Source: Eledone cirrhosa
Taxonomy: Eukaryota
Reading direction: 5' to 3'
Length of the DNA: 64,000 nucleotides
Assembly: GCA_964016885.1 (NCBI GenBank)
Contig: OZ024745.1
Span: forward strand, 78,120,001-78,184,000
A program made the position numbers and the translations under genes. Positions within the stretch are counted from its first letter, which is position 1, and every line of letters starts with the position of its first letter. Under the pieces are notes generated by a model. It was not told the DNA's origin and did not search any database. It saw only the letters and a list, made by a program, of their open reading frames with translations. Shown here piece by piece: positions 15,632 through 29,188 of the stretch.

Positions 15632-15811
15632 AATAGTTGTTTCTACTTTTGGCGCAAGGCCAGCAATTACCCAGTGTATTACTGGTACTTTATTTTATCG
15701 AACCCGTAAAGGATGAAAGGCAAAGTTAACCTCGGCGGGATTTGAACTCAGACCATAAAGGGCCGTAAGTCTTTGCTGCAAAGCATGGCGTCCGAACCTC
15801 TGCCAATCCAC
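15632..15811 (-). mobile_element. tRNA-derived SINE (young subfamily)
   Basis: Reverse complement of the 1425/32437 consensus with a small deletion in the head. Confidence 0.9.
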
Positions 15812-16170
15812 GACTCTGGATTAGAAATAGTAACATATCTAACTGTACGATAGTTTGTTTGTTCACAATCTGGACGAGGCAACTCAATACATATTTCATA
15901 CGATATGTATGAGAAATGTTCAATATCCTACTGACGGAATTATATCAACAAAGTTTGTAGAATGAGATGTAGATTTCCTGTATGTTTAACATGGCAACAC
16001 TTTTCGAATGTTTTACTAAATGGGTGCATTTAGTTATTACCTTCTGTCCGGAAGTAGGGATTAGCGTCACAGAAACACCTTGGTACATATACACTTTCAC
16101 ACACACAAACACGCCACACATGCACACCCAGAAGCATTCAGACACACACACGCACGCACACACGCACCCA

Positions 16171-16304
<134 letters not shown>

Positions 16305-17269
16305 TAAATAAATAAATATATATATATATATAAGATGCAACTTACACGGCGAAACTGCAGTCAGGACATTGAAGTTAAATTAACGTTTTATCTAATTTGC
16401 TCTCCTCCCCCATATATATACATACATATATATACATGCATACATGCATACATACATACATGCATGGATACATACATGCATGCAGTTAAATTTAGACTGA
16501 AAATTTTAAAATATTTTAATCCGTATTACTCAACACGGATTACTGACTGTTTCAAGGCAAACACATCTACTTATTTATTTATTGGTTGATTTATTGTTTT
16601 GTTATTTTTTGAATGCAGATGTTTACGTCTTAGATCAGTTTTCATGATTTCCCGTGGCGCCTTCATACTTTTGCTTCTCTTCTCTTATTACCATAACTAA
16701 TACAAATCTCACCATAACCATAACCTCAATCACTACAGATCCCAGTACTACAGTTATTTGAACTAGAAATACAAGAGCATCACTATCAACAACAACAGTA
16801 TCTGAATATCTGACCTCAGTTTCAACTTTTAGACTTGGCTGATAAAAGTCAGCTGAGGTTTTACACATGTTTAGAAACCTGAACAAAAAACATAAAAATA
16901 ACCTTTTCAGTATAGCAAATTCATCATATTTTCGGTCTCAATTAACTAATTAACCATTATACACAGATAAACACATGCACTCATACTATATACTAACACA
17001 CATATGTATAGGCATACCTAATGAACAAATGTACAGGATTTGACAGCCAGCCAATCTATCTTATGTCGAGAGCATACAGATTTTTAAAAGATTCGTTTCT
17101 CCAGAAAATATATCACAACTGTTTGTAAATGCCTTGTGCTCTCTCGGTTTCTATAGGTTTGTCTTACCGGTTACCATGTCTAAATTTACTTATTGAATAT
17201 ATGTCCAGTGCTATTTAAGAAGCCAAATCGAAGTTCCTCAAGTTTGTTAAAATTATGGTAACAGACACG

Positions 17270-17455
17270 AGGCCTTGGATAGAGGTGGGCTATAGCGGAC
17301 TAAATGAAAAAAATTTCAAAATAATACTTAATTTTACCAACCTTTAGAACGAAGAAAGGCAATGTGGACCTCGACCGGATTCGCATATATATATTCGATA
17401 TTTATAAAAAGATATTTTGTTGAATGCTCTAACGATGTTGCTATTCCACCGGCTT
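17270..17455 (-). mobile_element. Highly degenerate SINE
   Basis: gaaaggcaatgtggacctcgaccggattcg...atgctctaacgatgttgctattccacc resembles the reversed head and central domain. Confidence 0.5.
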
Positions 17456-17832
17456 AACGGGGCAAAATACTGATTCATGAAAACGTTACGGCTTTCTTCC
17501 TTTCTTTCTTTTCTTAGAAGGGGTTGTAAGACTGCAGCGCAGTTTAATCCTCTGACGAAAGTGAATCCACCTCATAAAAGCCACGTTATTATATCATCAC
17601 CTTCCCTAATTTATGAACCCTTTCGCTTATTCAAAATGAAATCAATACGTTTTGTATAAGAGTGTTACTGAAATTAATATTTAAACTTAAATCCATTTAG
17701 TTCAAACAAGTTATTGATTTTGTCTTTCATCTTTCTACGACGAATGAATTAAGCACTAACAATGATATTGCTATTGTTATTTTATTCTTATATCTGTCTC
17801 ATCTTATTACTTTTTTTCTTTCCCTAGTTCTT

Positions 17833-17959
<127 letters not shown>

Positions 17960-18172
17960 GGTACGTTGTCGGACCGCATGAACTTCTGATATATATATAC
18001 ATATATATATATATCACGCAAATGCAACTCTATCATGTAATTCAATAAGGTATTTAAAGTAATAATCACGTTGAAAATAAAAACCCAATACATATTCCAC
18101 GTGTGAGGTATAAACATTCTACTATATTCTTTTCAATAATATCTGCTACCGACGGATATACGAAACTATTTT

Positions 18173-18241
<69 letters not shown>

Positions 18242-18919
18242 TTTATTTCGTTGTGAAATTAAATATTCAGAAAATGTTAAGATACTTCTTAAACAGTCGG
18301 TATTATAGCAGATTTTAGGATCAGTTTTAAGAAGTAATGTCTCGAAGATATTCGATTCACGCACTTGAAATATCCACGTGTTTTCTTCCCGGTATCTAGT
18401 AATGTCTAAATCAGTGGAATAGTAAGGAGATTAGTTTCGTCTTGAAATTGCCTTGAAGAAAACCACACTTGTTCTGTGAGGTTCGTAAGTTTGCATGCCA
18501 CTGAAAACTTTTTCAAACGTTGAGGAAAGTCTCTTTGGCTCAGATGAGTTAAATATATAGATGTGTTTACGACTTGCTTTCAAAACTTGAATCGTCTTTA
18601 ATACTGATGTTGTAGGGTTGTTGTTTTTTTTTTCCTGATGTTGTTTGTTTGAAGCGGACAAATAATTGACTCTCAGTAAGGGAAAGTCGATCCTGTTTGA
18701 TTTTAAATTTTAAAATGTGATAGTCGAATGTAAAAACGTTACGGCTTTGGTATTAATCAACTAAGGTATTTTATTATTGATGTCATAGTGTACCTAAAAT
18801 TTATCATAAAATAATATCATATTACGTTTAATGATATCACTAATTAAAACATTTATCTAGCAAATCATAAGTATCATGTTGATCAGGTAACAGGTGAAGT
18901 ACTTAGTTCAGACAAAGAA

Positions 18920-19393
18920 AATAATTTTAAAATATGCTAATAGTATTGGCTATTTGATTTATAGTCCATCGTTTGTCGTCCATCTCCATGTGGTGAACAC
19001 GATCAACGTTTTTCCTCTGTTATGGCAGTTGCAGGACGTCCAGACCATGGATCATCTTCCTCCACCTTCTATATTCAGCTGCCGACTTTTTCACTCTTGA
19101 TAAACCTGGAGTGTCATCCCCTAATGTAGCAACCATGTCAGTATGAATGTCCTTGGTGGCTAAACCCTTTTTCTGCAGTTACTTGATAACACCATGATGC
19201 TATGTTTTGTCCATTTTTAAAAGAAGTTGCTACTAGCTACTTTTGAAGTCTTCTTTGAACAGTCACATGTCAGTTTACTTGAACAGAAACAATGCAGTTA
19301 TCAATAAGAAAAGTTGAAATTAATACATGCAAGATTTCACAACTCTAGCATCATATTTCATATTAAGCCTATGAACATTTCAGCCTACCCTCG
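18920..19393 (-). mobile_element. Mariner (Mos1-like) transposon remnant: 5' TIR plus N-terminal HTH
   Basis: TIR cgagggtaggctgaaatgttcataggct flanked by TA (19394-5). From the ATG at 19214: MDKT*HHGVIK*LQKKGLATKDIHTDMVATLGDDTP...(DDPWSGRPATAITEENVDRVHH), with stops and frameshifts. Confidence 0.85.
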
Positions 19394-20234
19394 TATGTGA
19401 AATGTTTCTACCGAAACCGACCGAAAACGTATGTAGTCCTTAATGACACCAAAGAGAAGGTAGTTTTGATTCAAGTAGTGGATAACTGAGATGAAGACTT
19501 CATTTCAAATAGCATTATATCTCTCATTCGTTAACTAGTTTCACTTTTGTATGGTACTGTAAGGGGAATAACCCACACCCAGGTTATGACTGTACACTCT
19601 GGATGTTTTTTATATGTTTGTCTTTTTCCTTTCACAAGATAGACCACCAAGCTCGAGATCCTGATGGTCTGTTTCTTATCATCTATGCAGATGTCACATC
19701 CTTCTCGTCTGTACTGCATGACTTAGGATAACGTGTAACCTCCTCATATAGTACTAGCAACACTGTTCCTTTAGTGCTACCAACTATACGAAACATTGGT
19801 TTATAAAAAGAGTTATGTTAGAAAAAGTTTATATTCACTACGAAAGACTTATTGGATAAATTATGTTTATTTCCTTTTGTACGATAATTATTAAAATTAA
19901 CTATAAGTAGGTACTCCAGGGTAGTAAAATCTGATAGTCGTAAGCAATCACGATTGGGTATATACAACTCACTGCTCTAACCAGTGGCATCGCTGTAAAT
20001 TTGAGGAGTATTTCATTATTTTGCAGTATTGAGTATAACTGGGAAAGACATAAACACTTAGATAACATTTTAAAATATTACACGTCTCAAGGTTTACAGT
20101 GAGACTCAAATAACTTAATGTATGGGACCCGCAGAGAGTTATCTTTACCGGCGACACTGTATGCGGGATTGGAAGTGCTGTTTCATCAGTCAGCGGTGAC
20201 TTATTAATACTATGTATGTGTGGATGGGCCCGTA

Positions 20235-20520
20235 ACCTCTTGGGGAGTCGTATGGGTGCCTCATTGACATACGGCGCTTTTAGGGCATTTTAAAACCTGG
20301 TGGAGCCCCTCTCCTTTCTAGCTCCAAATACAGAATATGGCTTCCGATGAAGAAGAGGGAAAGTGAGAATTGACCCCCAGTAGTAGGCTGGTACTTTTTT
20401 TTCATAGAACTCGAATGGATGAAAGGCAAAGATCACATCCGTGGAACTTGAACACAGAGAACCAAAACGAATACCGCAAATCATTCTATCTGACGTTCTA
20501 ACAACTATGCTGCTTTGTCG
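20235..20520 (-). mobile_element. SINE, alternative-tail subfamily
   Basis: ggatgaaaggcaaag central domain and gaccccagtag...ggtact; tail shared with 2885 and 15120. Confidence 0.7.
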
Positions 20521-23076
20521 TCTTATTTAATATTTTACACATTTACATTTAATACATATATGGATGATGATGATGGCAACGAAAACAAAATTATATGTAT
20601 TTTTAAAGAATATAATTCATTCTACAGAACAAATCTGTAAGTGTTGGAGTCATTAAACACTTATTTTCGTATCATATCAGATTCAACAAAATAACGTTAA
20701 CAACATCGTCTTCACGACAGCAATACCATCAACAGTACAATCAACAACACTCAAGATAAATTATTTTACAGATAAAATTACCATAACACATTGGGATTGA
20801 ATACTTCTGCCTGACCCAATGATAAAAATGCGATGATAACACTTTGTATCATTTACGAAGAGTAAAACGCCATATAGTAGATTTCATGCCTATATAAGAA
20901 TTAGTTAGTGAGTGCAGGCACTGCTGCTGCTGTTATTGTTGTTGGGGATAATGATTCTTCCAGATTTGGTTATTAATCGTGCCTTGGAAAATTGAATTCC
21001 AGACGGTCCTGAAAATTCCTAATCGTTTTGAGATCGAATACAATCAAATCTTTCTATTTAGTAATATCAGGCTTAATGTAAAACTTGATAAGCACAGTAC
21101 TGATAGCTAATTTGATAATTATACTCATTAATTAGTCTATTCATTAATTGCATAGCTGTTTCGCTTCTCGCAGCCGTGAAACGCATCCAATCTATGGTAA
21201 CCATCAACACCACGTCGAGGGAGACTATTTGGAGCCAGGCTCACAGCGATCTGAATTCGATTCATAATTGGAACCATTTCCCACCAGTTAAAAAACGTAT
21301 AAGTATCCAATAAAAGCCTCAGATATTACTAGTAACATACATCCTATTTTGAATTTTACATCATAATGCTAGATATAACCTATTACTGGGCCCCCATTTG
21401 CTCACAATAGTGAGAGATGGGGAGAGCGGGAGAGAAGGGGGCTGTAACAGTGTGAGTTTGGTCCTTTTGTGTTCGGACTTGGTGTATATATGTGTATATA
21501 AGAGAGAATGAATATAAAAGCTGTTTCCTGTAAATGGCATTATACCTGACTGTAACGCTTATATAGATATGTTACAATATCTATGTTTAAAGACTTTTGT
21601 AGAAATATTTGTATGTAACGTAATTATTTTACTGCCACGAATATCCCAATTGATTGAAATATATTCGAAGTTATTCTGACAGTAGAGAGAAATTATATTG
21701 CTAACATAGCAAAATAATAGAGTGTAGTGTACTTGGAAACAAGACAATGTGTTTCGAGTCCTTTCAGCTTACTTGTTGGTCTTTTAATGTCCCAAGTTAG
21801 AGCTTATAGAATTCCTTGTATTATATATAAGATATCCTAGATTCTATCGAGCGGCACCTTGTGCACATGACTTCTAATAGTACCTCTGTTTAACAAATGA
21901 TATGTTCGTAGGTAAATGGAAACTATGCGTAAATTGAGCATATCTTTATGTTCCTTAACTTAATGTTTGGTCAAATAGAGATTAATAAAATAAATATCAG
22001 ACTAGAATCGATGTGATCAATTGAAATCATTGAAGACGGTGCCCTGTCATGGCTGGTGTCCAATATCTGAAACCACTAAAGGTGTATATTAAATTTAATT
22101 GCTAAAATATTTAATCTAAAATATACTAGAATTTATAATATATTAGGTGATATCTAAACTTTGATTTGAGACGCACGTGTAATGGTTTGTTGAAGTTTAT
22201 TTATATTAAACTATTTAGTTAATCCTTATACTTCCATGTGTAAACTGACACTGAACATTTGAGATATCTACGAAAAGGTCAACGCTCTTTTAGAACAAAT
22301 ATAACTAAAGATTCTTTAGTTTTCCTTTTTTTTTTACAAACTATGATTTTAAAAGTGAATTTATCTATTTACTTATTGGTGTTTTTTTCTAAGGATCGTT
22401 GCACAAAATGAATAACATTTCTTTGGGTGGGTGACCATAACAATGTATACAAATGTGTTATAAATAAGAAATCTGTGATGAAACTATGTCTTGTCATATT
22501 TATCTTTCCCTGTCCTTCTCCGCGCCGTTCTCTCTTCTTTCTCAGAGACATATATATTTACACATTTATGAATATATGCGCATATATTACTATAATAAAA
22601 ATAAACAAAACAAGCATTACAACTGTGTCGTTGACCGAGGTAGCGGACCTCTAAGATATGTGTGCCAGGCTGCATAGACACAGTTGATAAAATAAATTAA
22701 ACATGTAGATTTTGAATCAACGTAGTACACTCTTGGGACCTATTTGTTTTCAAGGGTTTGTTATCAAATATCTATTCCCATAGCGTCTCTCAGAAGTTGA
22801 TGATGTCTGCTAGCATACACATTTCGAAAAGAACTAATAAACATACGCTTATTTCAGAAGTTGCTGTAAACACATTCATGAAAAGTAATCAAAGCTAAAT
22901 CTTTCGTCTTAATTCATTTCCTCGAAAAGATTTGTTGAGGTAAAAAAGATAAGCATAGATCCATCCAACGAATACCTTTTTATATATTTTCATTAAAAAC
23001 ACCAGCATTAATCACCGTGGGTTGTAAACACCAGGAAACCCAATTCCGGATGATATGCATATCTTAAGTATCATTG

Positions 23077-23119
<43 letters not shown>

Positions 23120-24199
23120 CTTGAATGTATATTTATTTCTAAGTATAGCTTACTCTAATAGTATCAAAATGCCTCTGTGGAGATACACTAAATTGATATC
23201 TCAGTTTTCACCAGGTGGCTAATGGTAAATTTTTATGGAAAGTAATGTAATTTGTAACATTCCTTTCTTTCAAAAATCGAGGCATTTATAACCTAAAAGT
23301 GAAAACGTTTTGTGAATAGGTCCACTAGAATAACTATACAAATTCCAATACGTACGTAGTGTTTTGGGTTTTTCTTATAGTTTCTTAGTATGGATTTTAA
23401 TTCTCGAAATAACCAGCTCTTGTCGAGTAGACAGACGTTTTAAAACCAGTGCAAGATGTTCTACTAACGAGAGAAAATGAGGAAATATAAAATGCAATGA
23501 AGTATTTTACCGAGAACCCAACTTATGAGCGGTAATTCAATACATTGTAGACTCCATCATCCTGCTTTTACAAACAAATAATTAATATCTTGTTGCATTG
23601 GGTTATATTCCTCTGCGAATGTTTCGTTATTAAATAGAACAAACTAGTTAATTTGCCTTGTTGATCGTGATATGAACCATATATTTTGAAAACATTATTG
23701 TGTTAGAAGTTTAAGTGTTCCTAATCTGCATAGACTCACCGAAACGGAGTAAACAGCTTCCTGAATAAGGATCTGGTTTTAAGATCCAGCCCCGGGCCTG
23801 TTAATAACTGTTTTGTTCAAGCAATAATATTCAGGTAGGAGTAAGGAAAGTCATTGTATTTAGTGTTATGGAGTATTTAGTGTCATAATAGTGTCATTGT
23901 ATTTAGTGTCATAATCAGTTCATTTAGGTTTATTAAAATCTCCATTATACATATTTCGCCTGAGCTCTTTGGGCGGCATAAAACTATAAAATCATTGAAC
24001 ACTACTCAGGGGACGGCCGAATGTGTTAATGTTGTTTCTTCGCTGGCCAGCCCCTGATTGACTCTCTATAGTGGAAGTGCTGGTCTCACGTCACTATCGC
24101 CGGATGCTGAGAATAGCAAGTCATCGTTGTTGTAACGAAATCCGCTAATAGACCGTTTCCTCACCCCAATTGTCCTCACTCCTGCAACAACTGCGAATA

Positions 24200-24413
24200 A
24201 GCGGTTGGAATAGGTGGAGTACCAGGCAACATCCGGTATGGCATACAGTTACGGCCCTTTACGTTCTGGGTTCAAATTCTGCCGAGGTTAGCTTTGCCTT
24301 TCATCCTTACTGGGTCGATAAAATGAAGTACCAGTAATGCACTGGTGTCGATTTAATTAACTTTCCCCTCCCCCAAAATTGGTGGCCTTGTGCCTACGTC
24401 AGAAACCAATATT
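24200..24413 (+). mobile_element. tRNA-derived SINE
   Basis: gggttcaaattctgccgagg, gcctttcatccttactgggtcgataaaatgaagtaccag, tail ggccttgtgcct. Confidence 0.85.
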
Positions 24414-24819
24414 CTAACCGATACTAAGAATATATATATTATGAATAAATTAAAAGGAATAATTATATTAAAAGAGATAATTATTAAAAATAGATACCAG
24501 TATATCTTAGCTATAAACCAGAGTACATAACGTAGTTGTCATATAACTGGTTCCAAATCGCTGGAAGTATAAGAGCCCTACTCTCAAGTTTTACGTTTAA
24601 TCAAGCTTAACGGATCACATCCAGATGTCCGAGTCCTCCCCTCCAAGAGACTCAAGTACTCGATAAGCAGGATGCCAGAATGAAATTTTACGATATACAG
24701 TTAATATCCTGGAGGTTGGGTTGGGGAGTAAGAATGTTACCCGTAGATTGCATCAAGTATCAGTGAAAACGATCAAGGTCTTCGTGCCAACATACCTGAT
24801 ATATATATGTGATTGTTTA

Positions 24820-24950
24820 CAGAAGGCTTTGAGGTATTCAATTACGACTTCTTACCTTCTGGGTTTAAATATCCCACTGAATTCAACTTTCCATCCTTCC
24901 GGGGTCGATGAAATAAAAATTACTGGCCGTATGCCAATGTTAGAAATAAT
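24820..24950 (+). mobile_element. Degenerate SINE
   Basis: ctttccatccttccggggtcgatgaaata...tggccgtatgccaatgttagaaataatt. Confidence 0.6.
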
Positions 24951-24998
24951 TGTATATATACTGTGTGTGTGTATCAATCTATCTTATTTCTCATTCAT

Positions 24999-25034
24999 TC
25001 TTCTGATGATGGACTAGCGTCCGAAACGTTAAGA
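24999..25034 (+). ncRNA. Minimal type-I hammerhead ribozyme motif (PLE-type)
   Basis: tctt-CTGATGA-t-ggac(tagc)gtcc-GAAA-cg-TT-aaga; palindromic ACGU stem III, triplet GUU; homologue at 40247-40282 (-). Confidence 0.8.
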
Positions 25035-25809
25035 CCCTCTTCCTGCTATTTCAAGCGTTAACCTAATATATTCCTTCCATATACTGTACCGATTGTGTTG
25101 TTATTTCTGTTTACCTTTTACATACATACATACATACATACATGCACACACACACACACACACATTATATATATATATATATTATATATATATATATATA
25201 TGTATACATATTCTCGTTAAAATGAAAGTGGTTGTTCTGAGAATATTTACATTATTTTCTACCATAATGAGCACAAGAGATTAATAATGAGGAACAAGCC
25301 ACTCTAAAGTGACCACTCTATTAGTTACCAAAAACAGTAGGCGTCTCCTGCTTCATAGTTACAAGCATTTCCGTCAAGACTCAAGAAGGCAGTAGCGTTA
25401 CATTGAAACAAGTGACTATGTTATGTATACTCAGATATAGTGAGAAAGATGAAGATGAAGTGATGAGAACTGAGACAAGTAGAGAACATAAATAATTATT
25501 GAGCGACATTTGATGATTTCATCGCTATACGTTGTTGTTTTCTAATGTATTGATAGCAATTTAATAATATTCAAACTTGTTGAGTGTGTGTTCAACCAGC
25601 CAGCAAGCAAGTTCTATAGCACTAACACCACCAATATACATTGCTTTATTACTTGTCTAGTTACTTGAATATAGAAATATGTAAAGAGAGATAGGAGATA
25701 TAAAGAAAGAACATTGCAAGTTTATGTGATTAGTTCAGAAAGAAATATAATTAGTGTTTGGTTAAAAAACATGAGTTTCATGCCCATAGACAAATGTAAA
25801 ATATGTATA

Positions 25810-25831
<22 letters not shown>

Positions 25832-25840
<9 letters not shown>

Positions 25841-26261
25841 TAAAAAAATAATGAATAAAACAATGAAACAGTTCCTTATATTAAACAAAAAAAGTTCATT
25901 ATTTAACGATCGTTTCTAGGATATATATGTGTTAGAATTGGCATGCATATTCAACAGATCTATGTACAAAATTATACAAAATTATACAAACTATCAAAAT
26001 TAAATATACATACCAAACACATATATATGCCGTCTTCAGAAATAAGATTATTTCTGAAGACGGCATATATATGTGTTTGGTATGTATATTTAATTTTGAT
26101 AGTTTGTATAATTTTGTATAATTTTGTACATAGATCTGTTGAATATGCATGCCAATTCTAACACATATATATCCTAGAAACGATCGTTAAATAATGAACT
26201 TTTTTTGTTTAATATAAGGAACTGTTTCATTGTTTTATTCATTATTTTTTTAATATTTTAT
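25832..26261. repeat. 430-bp near-perfect palindrome (214-bp arms, 2-nt centre)
   Basis: Symmetry about 26046/26047; the ORF track shows mirror ORFs 25932-26150(-) and 25943-26161(+). Confidence 0.95.
26047..26195 (+). ncRNA. Type-I hammerhead motif with 116-nt stem II (mirror copy on - strand at 25898-26046)
   Basis: attattt-CTGAAGA-(cggcatatatatgtgtt...aacacatatatatccta)-GAAA-cgatcg-TT-aaataat; 7-bp stem I, palindromic ACGAUCGU stem III. Confidence 0.75.
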
Positions 26262-26393
26262 CTTGACTCTGTATTCCGTTTATCTTTCACCGAAAGTGAT
26301 TTTTCATTGCATCTCTTCTTTCCATGATATCCGGATTACATTGAGTTCTTCATACGGATTGGACACTACCGTAAACTCTTGGTAGATTTATCT

Positions 26394-26429
<36 letters not shown>

Positions 26430-26456
26430 TATATCTGTGCGTATATATATATATAT

Positions 26457-27066
26457 GGTGGCTGCCAACTCGTTTTCGAGTACGGCCACTACTTTATATC
26501 CATGTAGGAGAACCCCTACCGATGCGCTGAACGAGTGTGACTTTTTAGTCCAGCCAGCGACTTGAAAACTCTGGTACAAACGCTACACTTGTGACAATTA
26601 TTAACACATAGTGCTGGGCCCATGGTACCATATGATGACAAGTGCAGAGAGATCTCCAGATATAAAGCAATGCCTGTGCCGTGAAGCTTTCATAGTGAGC
26701 AAAGGCACTGCACAAAGCCAGTCCCACTCTCTTAACCAAGATGATATTTACCAAAAAGAAGAACAAGTCAACATCATTGGATACCATCAGGTTTGCAGGT
26801 GTTATATCAGAGTTTTCCTTCTCCTAGAATTCTGCCTTGACAAAGGCTAAGGGGTCATCTCTCCCGGTGATTTTGGATGGCCATTGACTCTTAAGCGCTC
26901 CTTTGCCCTTTGACAGGTTTTGTTTTTAGTCCTGCAGGATGTTCAAAGTCACCCTCCTCACGAAGAAACCTTGGTAGGGTTGCCAGTTTAGTCGCCAACG
27001 ATCCGACCATGGGACAGGTTGTACTGGCATACAAGTTACCAGTAGCACCAACTGGTGACCTGACAT
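26457..27066 (-). mobile_element. Probable RTE-type LINE 5' region inserted in a (TA)n array
   Basis: Higher-GC island; the array motif tatctgtgcgtata lies on both sides; ttccttctcctag...aaggctaa resembles RTE 5' regions (recalled, not verified). Confidence 0.4.
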
Positions 27067-27067
27067 A

Positions 27068-27141
<74 letters not shown>

Positions 27142-27161
27142 GTGCGTATATATAAATATAT

Positions 27162-27202
<41 letters not shown>

Positions 27203-27211
27203 CTGTGCGTG

Positions 27212-27242
<31 letters not shown>

Positions 27243-27249
27243 CTGTGCG

Positions 27250-27283
<34 letters not shown>

Positions 27284-27299
27284 TATCTGTGCGTATATA

Positions 27300-27351
<52 letters not shown>

Positions 27352-27358
27352 GTATATA

Positions 27359-27396
<38 letters not shown>

Positions 27397-27628
27397 CGTA
27401 TATATGTATATATATATACATATATATATGTATATATATATATCTGTGTGTATGTGTATATATATACACATATGTATATATATGTATATATATGTATATG
27501 TATATATATGTATATATATGTATATGTATATATATGTATATATATGTATATGTATATGTATATATATGTATATATATGTATATATATATGTATATGTATA
27601 TATATGTATATATATGTATATATATATG

Positions 27629-27685
<57 letters not shown>

Positions 27686-27686
27686 A
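27068..27686. repeat. Compound (TA)n/(TATG)n microsatellite
   Basis: Directly visible. Confidence 0.95.
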
Positions 27687-27719
27687 GTTAAAAGAATAGA
27701 GGAGTAACACACAAGTTAT

Positions 27720-28045
27720 TATATATTGGTAAACGGAATAGAAAATGCTGACAAATTGTTCACAGTTGAAAAATGGTTTAATTAGGAATAAAAGAGTATT
27801 AGTGATTGTATGGGTTAGTATTCAGTTGTGGTTTTAAGTTTTTAAGTTTTTACCGGTTGCGCATTTCTAAAATAATTTTGAGACAGAGTGTCCAAAGCAT
27901 TTAGAAATGCGCAACCGGTAAAAACTTAAAAACTTAAAACCACAACTGAATACTAACCCATACAATCACTAATACTCTTTTATTCCTAATTAAACCATTT
28001 TTCAACTGTGAACAATTTGTCAGCATTTTCTATTCCGTTTACCAA

Positions 28046-28051
<6 letters not shown>
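27720..28051. repeat. Long hairpin: 152-bp arms, 28-nt loop
   Basis: 27720-27871 is the reverse complement of 27900-28051. Confidence 0.95.
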
Positions 28052-28095
<44 letters not shown>

Positions 28096-28177
28096 CACAT
28101 ATATATATGTATATATATATATATATATATACACATATATGTACATATATATATATATATATATACACATATATATA

Positions 28178-28231
<54 letters not shown>

Positions 28232-28242
28232 TATATGTACAC

Positions 28243-28301
<59 letters not shown>

Positions 28302-28328
28302 TATATGTACACATATATATATGTACAC

Positions 28329-28379
<51 letters not shown>

Positions 28380-28430
28380 TATATGTACACATATATATAT
28401 GTACACATATATATATATATATATATATAT

Positions 28431-29133
28431 ATTGTTATACTTTGGGAGGGTCATGTTGCCAATAAGAAACACACGCACCAGTAACTTTCACTTCAATTTA
28501 TTATAAATTAAATTTATAAATTTAGGAATTTATAAATTTCCGGTTGGTTGGTTGGTTCTACAACCAGACGATTGTTTATATATTGTCAAAGTTCTTTCGT
28601 CACTTTTCATTTTGTCCTTAATTGTAAGTTGTAAGTTGTGATGTTGCTGTTCCATTCATGAACAGTAACATCACAACTTACAATTAAGGACAAAATGAAA
28701 ACCCACACACACATAGAACAAATAACCAACCAGTAACATGTAAATAAACAAATAAATAAACAAATATAAACACACACAGACACCTGGATGTAACACATGC
28801 GCAAACTAAGCACACAGCACACACAAAAACAAGATGGTGTAGGACAGAACAAAGGAGAGGCACAAAAACAAAGAAAAGAATCCCCAGTCACTGAAGAGGT
28901 CACAGAATGTGTGACGAAAGAACTTTGACAATATATGAACAATCGTCTGATTGTTGAACCAACCAACCGGAAATTTATAAATTCCTAAATTTATAAATTT
29001 AATTTATAATAAATTGAAGTGAAAGCAACTGGTACGTGTGTTTCTTATTGGCAACATGACCCTCCCAAAGTATAACAATATCGGTTTCAACACACGTTTT
29101 CAGATAAAGAATCTTGCTAAACAAATTCAGAAA

Positions 29134-29136
<3 letters not shown>
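28431..29136. mobile_element. PLE-like relic with inverted terminal duplication and internal hairpin
   Basis: 28431-28603 mirrors about 28911-29080; nested hairpin at 28604-28701; same family as 10381-10825; (TA)n on both sides. Confidence 0.8.
28887..28929 (+). ncRNA. Minimal type-I hammerhead motif
   Basis: gtca-CTGAAGA-g-gtcac(agaatgt)gtgac-GAAA-gaac-TT-tgac. Confidence 0.7.

Positions 29137-29188
<52 letters not shown>

Noticed and set aside
25932-26161. Two near-identical 72-aa ORFs on opposite strands
   Set aside because: A by-product of the palindrome.
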